A stretch of 64,000 nucleotides of DNA. It comes from Sedimentisphaerales bacterium. GTDB lineage: Bacteria; Planctomycetota; Phycisphaerae; Sedimentisphaerales; SM23-30. The stretch spans positions 320,001-384,000 of the forward strand of contig CAXXMR010000013.1 in assembly GCA_963663805.2 (NCBI GenBank), written 5' to 3'. The notes under the pieces were generated by a model. The model made no database searches and was not told the origin of the DNA. It saw nothing but the letters and a program-made list of their open reading frames with translations. Of this stretch, positions 59,832 to 64,000 are shown piece after piece; position 1 is the stretch's first letter; every line of letters begins with the position of its first letter. The position numbers were made by a program, and so were the translations under genes.

Positions 59832-60296
59832 AATACCTTATTTCGAACCAGCCGGCTCGATTAGCTCCTGTGCGTTGGAGTTTCTCTACCTCCGCCGGGT
59901 ACTACTTAGTGACGCCAGCGACTAATCCATTCAACAGTACCTGATTCGACCGGATAGGGGGGGAAGTTAAGCAGTAAAACCGATAAGAGGGCAGTTTTAT
60001 TATCCAGTGGTGGGCCCATACAGGGCAAGCCTTCTGAAAAAATAGCCATCAGAACAAAAAAAGGATGTGGAAAACGGTGAAACAGGCCTGAAAACGCCCT
60101 ATTATCGGCGTTAATAGTATCTCAAAGGCAGATAACTCAAAAAAAATCGTGTCTTGAAAAGAAAAAAACGAGAGGGTTTTCCCCGGAAAAATTCTCTAAA
60201 ACTTCTCTTTCAGTAAAACCGCTGGCCGTTATAGGACCATGACGTCCAATCTAAATATATCCCTGGTGATCCAAGTGGGTTTAAGGGGGAGTAAAT

Positions 60297-60324
60297 AAAA
60301 AGGCACCTCCCGAAAGAGGTGCCT
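60297..60324 (-). terminator. fba terminator
   Basis: aggcacctc-ccgaaa-gaggtgcct with A tract. Confidence 0.75.
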
Positions 60325-60359
60325 GGAAATTCACCTAACTAATGTTAGTTAGTATTCAA

Positions 60360-61310
60360 CTAGCGGCAGATGTCGGCTTTGCCGGCACAGCCCAGGACAT
60401 GGAGCTTACGCTGGACCATTTCTTTGATGGCGGTACGACCGGGGCCGAGATATTTGCGGGGGTCGAACTCCGCGGGGGTTTCGGCGAAAACCTGGCGAAT
60501 CTTGGCGGTCAGAGCCAAACGCAGGTCGGTGTCGATGTTGACCTTGCAGACAGCCATCTTGACCGCTTCAGCAATAGCGGATTCAGGTACGCCCATGGCG
60601 TTGGGCATCTTGCCGCCGTACTTGTTCACCAGGTCGATAAATTCCTTGGGTACACTGCTCGAACCGTGCATTACCAGCGGAAAACCGGGCAGACGTTTGC
60701 CGATTTCTTCGATTACATCCAAAGCCAACTTCGGCTCGGATGTGAATTTATAAGCGCCGTGACTCGTGCCGCAAGCAACTGCCAGCGAGTCACATTTGGA
60801 CTGTTTGACGAATTCTTCGGCCTCTGCCGGGTCGGTCACGTGCTTCATAACGTCCTCAGCCGAAACACCCACAACATCTTCTTCGATACCGCCCAGCTGG
60901 CCGATTTCGGCTTCGACAACCACACCCTTGGAGTGGGCATAATCAGCGACCTGCTTGGTAACAGCGACGTTTTCATCGAAGGAAGCGTGGGATTTATCGA
61001 TCATAACCGAGGTGAAACCATCATTAACGCAGGTTTCGCAAATCTCGAACGTATCGCCGTGGTCAAGGTGCATCGCGATGGGCAGGTCGCCGCTATCTTC
61101 GATACCGGCATCGATAAGGGCACGCAGGTACTTAATTTTGGCGTAAGAACGGGCACCCTTGGAAATCTGCAAAATGCAGGGGGCGTTCTCTTCCTTGCAG
61201 GCATCAATAATGGCCTGCATGATTTCCATGTTATTGACGTTGAACGCGCCAATAGCGAAACCGCCGTCGTAGGCTTGTTTGAACATTTTTTCGGTTGTTA
61301 CCAGAGGCAT
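60360..61310 (-). CDS. fba: Fructose-1,6-bisphosphate aldolase class II
   Basis: AFNVNNME, HLDHG, GTSHGAYK, VMHGSS, KVNIDTD. Confidence 0.95.
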   Translation of the reverse strand: MPLVTTEKMFKQAYDGGFAIGAFNVNNMEIMQAIIDACKEENAPCILQISKGARSYAKIKYLRALIDAGIEDSGDLPIAMHLDHGDTFEICETCVNDGFTSVMIDKSHASFDENVAVTKQVADYAHSKGVVVEAEIGQLGGIEEDVVGVSAEDVMKHVTDPAEAEEFVKQSKCDSLAVACGTSHGAYKFTSEPKLALDVIEEIGKRLPGFPLVMHGSSSVPKEFIDLVNKYGGKMPNAMGVPESAIAEAVKMAVCKVNIDTDLRLALTAKIRQVFAETPAEFDPRKYLGPGRTAIKEMVQRKLHVLGCAGKADICR

Positions 61311-61478
61311 AGAAAGTCTCCTTATTCGGTGATTGGGCCGACCTAACGACCTGTTCAGTTTTTCACGTAACGCTTCCGCTTCCCCTGTACCAACACAGAG
61401 GCGTATGAAAGCTAATGGACCAGCAGCCCTGTGTCAAGCACATTGCTTAAAAACAGTCCCATAACGCTGATTAATACC

Positions 61479-64000
61479 TCACTGTATCCCATATTCCGCC
61501 AAAATAGCCATGACCTCGGTGTAATTTTTCGACTGGGCATATTCCAGTAGGCTTTTTCGGTAGATTTGCACATTGCCGTTGGCCCCCTGCTCCAGCAAGA
61601 CTTTGACCAGTTCCGGGGTATTCTTCTCCACGGCCTTGCGTAAGGGGGTACTTCCCCAACTATCGGCCTGGTTCACATCCGCGCCGGCATCAATCAAAAG
61701 CAGGGCAACATCTTTAGTCTTTGGGTTATCACAGGCTGCCAACAAAGCACTTCGGCCCAGGCCGTCCACCAGAGTCAAATCAGGATTATAGCTGAGAACC
61801 AGACGGGTCAGTTCCAGCGTTTTTTCCTCGCCCAGAACTCCCGTGCTGCCCATCACATTGTGCATTAGAGTACGCTGATTCACGTCCATAACATTTACGT
61901 CGGCCCCCTGTTCCAGTAGAAACTTAACCATTTCCACTTCATAAGTTTCCATCGCCGCGCTCAAAGGAGCAAAGCCCACCCCGGCTCCCTTGTTTATGTC
62001 AGCGCCGTGATCCAGAAGAAATCTCACCGTCTTTTTCGCATTAGTGCCGTTGACCGCCAGGGCCAGGGGAGTTTTTCGCTTTGACATCGCGTTTATATCT
62101 AACCCTTTTTCCAGCAGATATTCAAGCACTCTTACCTCCTTGCAATAATTCGCGGCGCTGTGCAGAACAGTTTCTCCGCCGGGGCGTAGATGGTTCCGGT
62201 TCGCTCCGGAATCAACCAGCAGTTTAACTACATCAAGCTCTCCGCCCGATGCCGCCACGTGCAAAGCCGTTTGTCCTTTATCGGTTACCGCCTCTATTTG
62301 CGCACCTTTCTCTAAAAGCAGCTTAACCATATAATAGTGACCATGAAAAGCCGCGTGAATCAACGGTGAACCCTTGAGGTGACCCTGGTCGGGCTTTTCA
62401 ATATCCGCCCCTCGCTCCAACAGCAAAATCACCACCTGCTCTTCATCGTAAAACGCCGCATAGACCAGGGGTGTCATTCCCTCATCATCATATTCATTAA
62501 TATCCGCCCCGGCATCCAGCAGCTGATTGATTTTCGCAATATCTTCACAAAGAACCGCCACCTGCAAATCCCGATGGCTGCGAGTCGTAGGCTGATAGCG
62601 CAAGCCGTTGGCAATCAACTGTTCACGCCACAAAGACCGACGCGACCGACGAGCCTCCTCTTCCAATTTAGCCTGAGATACCTGTTCACTGGAATCATCT
62701 TCTGAGTTTGCCGACTTGCCATCCGAACTTCGCCGTGAAGAACTTCGGTCTCGGCCGGGGCGATAACTTTGCAAAATTTCCGCCACCTGCTCATGACCTT
62801 TATCCACAGCCAAAGCCAGAGCGCCGGCACCGCCTCTATCTTTCAAATTACGATTAGCTCTCAGGTCCAGCAGAAGTTTTACCGCTTCGATATGACCATT
62901 TCGAGCCGCTAGATGTAAAGCCGTACAACCATAATCGTTCTTATGGTTCACATTTGCACCGGCCTGTACCAAACATTCAATATTCTCACAGCGATTTGCT
63001 ATCGCTGCGTATTGCAGCATACTATAACCGTCTTCATTCTCAATATTTACATCCAGTCCCTCATCCAGCATCTTCTGCAAAAACTGCGCATCCACAAACT
63101 GAACCGAATGAAAAGGATTCATCTTGCCGCCCCGGGCAACCAGCTTACGCACCACGTCCCACTTGCTATATTCATATGCAATATCCGCCGGAGTCATATT
63201 GCGGACGTAATCCACACGGGATAAATTATGACAATTATCCAGAATAAGATCGAGAGCCTTCTCCTCCACATCACCGGTACTATTTAACATTTCATGCAGC
63301 ACAGTACGATTGCATAAATCAACGGCATCGACATCAGCACCTTTTTCTATCAGATACTCCAACGTGGCAAAATGCTTTTCCGGACATTCAACCATCCGAA
63401 ACAAAGGGGTACGCAAAAAATAATTCTCCGCGTTCACGTCAGCCCCGTAACTTATCATCGTCTGGGCAAAAACCATCACCGATTCCGAATCGATACTGGT
63501 CGTAAAAGCTTGCGAAGTGGCCAGATGCAAAGGCGTATTGCCTTCACGGTCACGAGCGTTGACATCAGCCCCACTATCCAACAACAGCTTCATCAATTCC
63601 AGAGACCTAGCCTGACTAAAGGTATGCTCCAAAATGCAATGAAGCGGAGTTTGCCCCAGATAGTTTTCAGCGTTGACGTTAACCCCCTTTTCAATCAGCT
63701 TGCGAGCTATCGGAACCCATTCATTCTGCCGGGAGGACGCCGCGATAATATGCAGAAGATTATTGTACCAGCTATCCTGATAATTGACATCTATCTGGCC
63801 GACAAATTCCTCCGGCGACTGCTTCCCCGGCAGCGACTTAAACCAAACCGGTGCTTCCGGCTCGGACAGGGAATCAACATTCAGATTCTTGACCCAGTCC
63901 GGCTTGAGCATTTTAACTATTTCCCTGTGACCCATTGCCTCGGCATAACGAATCGGACTGATGCCATTAACATCATAAGCGAAAGGATAGGCGTTATGCT
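61479..64000 (-). CDS. Large ankyrin-repeat protein, 5' end beyond window
   Basis: Many G.TPLH/GADVN repeats; frame stays open to the window edge (HNAYPFAYDVNGISPIRYAEAMGH). Confidence 0.9.
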   Translation of the reverse strand, partial: HNAYPFAYDVNGISPIRYAEAMGHREIVKMLKPDWVKNLNVDSLSEPEAPVWFKSLPGKQSPEEFVGQIDVNYQDSWYNNLLHIIAASSRQNEWVPIARKLIEKGVNVNAENYLGQTPLHCILEHTFSQARSLELMKLLLDSGADVNARDREGNTPLHLATSQAFTTSIDSESVMVFAQTMISYGADVNAENYFLRTPLFRMVECPEKHFATLEYLIEKGADVDAVDLCNRTVLHEMLNSTGDVEEKALDLILDNCHNLSRVDYVRNMTPADIAYEYSKWDVVRKLVARGGKMNPFHSVQFVDAQFLQKMLDEGLDVNIENEDGYSMLQYAAIANRCENIECLVQAGANVNHKNDYGCTALHLAARNGHIEAVKLLLDLRANRNLKDRGGAGALALAVDKGHEQVAEILQSYRPGRDRSSSRRSSDGKSANSEDDSSEQVSQAKLEEEARRSRRSLWREQLIANGLRYQPTTRSHRDLQVAVLCEDIAKINQLLDAGADINEYDDEGMTPLVYAAFYDEEQVVILLLERGADIEKPDQGHLKGSPLIHAAFHGHYYMVKLLLEKGAQIEAVTDKGQTALHVAASGGELDVVKLLVDSGANRNHLRPGGETVLHSAANYCKEVRVLEYLLEKGLDINAMSKRKTPLALAVNGTNAKKTVRFLLDHGADINKGAGVGFAPLSAAMETYEVEMVKFLLEQGADVNVMDVNQRTLMHNVMGSTGVLGEEKTLELTRLVLSYNPDLTLVDGLGRSALLAACDNPKTKDVALLLIDAGADVNQADSWGSTPLRKAVEKNTPELVKVLLEQGANGNVQIYRKSLLEYAQSKNYTEVMAILAEYGIQ

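Overview
Bacterial chromosome segment, most likely a Planctomycete of the Phycisphaerae/Sedimentisphaerales type. This is inferred from PEP-CTERM proteins, a DUF1559-like prepilin protein, a dockerin-like DLN-DG-VNL-DFA-FA-WL tail and an excisionase-HTH response regulator. Bases 1 to ~13075 are the right part of an AT-rich integrative element. It ends at a tRNA(Glu-like) 3' fragment next to a tyrosine integrase. It carries a PEP-CTERM/LamG gene, a hipBST toxin-antitoxin module, two resolvase-type tyrosine recombinases (one deleted) with 11-6-11 res-like palindromes, an orphan RHS toxin/immunity array, and an operon-like trio that is the most interesting item: a divergent RuvB motor, an excisionase-like HTH protein whose C-terminus looks like the RuvB-binding domain III of RuvA, and a tyrosine recombinase. 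The rest is GC-richer core genome: phosphomannomutase, intact IS4, flgM, DnaJ-class chaperone, ECF/anti-sigma, birA, nadC, uvrB, a large secretin, tsaB, a tandem FGE/CLec protein, dGTPase, rpmH (missing from the ORF track), fumarase alpha, YkgJ proteins, a sugar-utilisation locus, tpx, acr3-arsC, fba and an ankyrin protein. Intergenic spaces hold a family of composite REP-like mosaics and a 21-bp-period palindrome array. Frameshifts clustered at ~29.9-36.1 kb look like sequencing indels.
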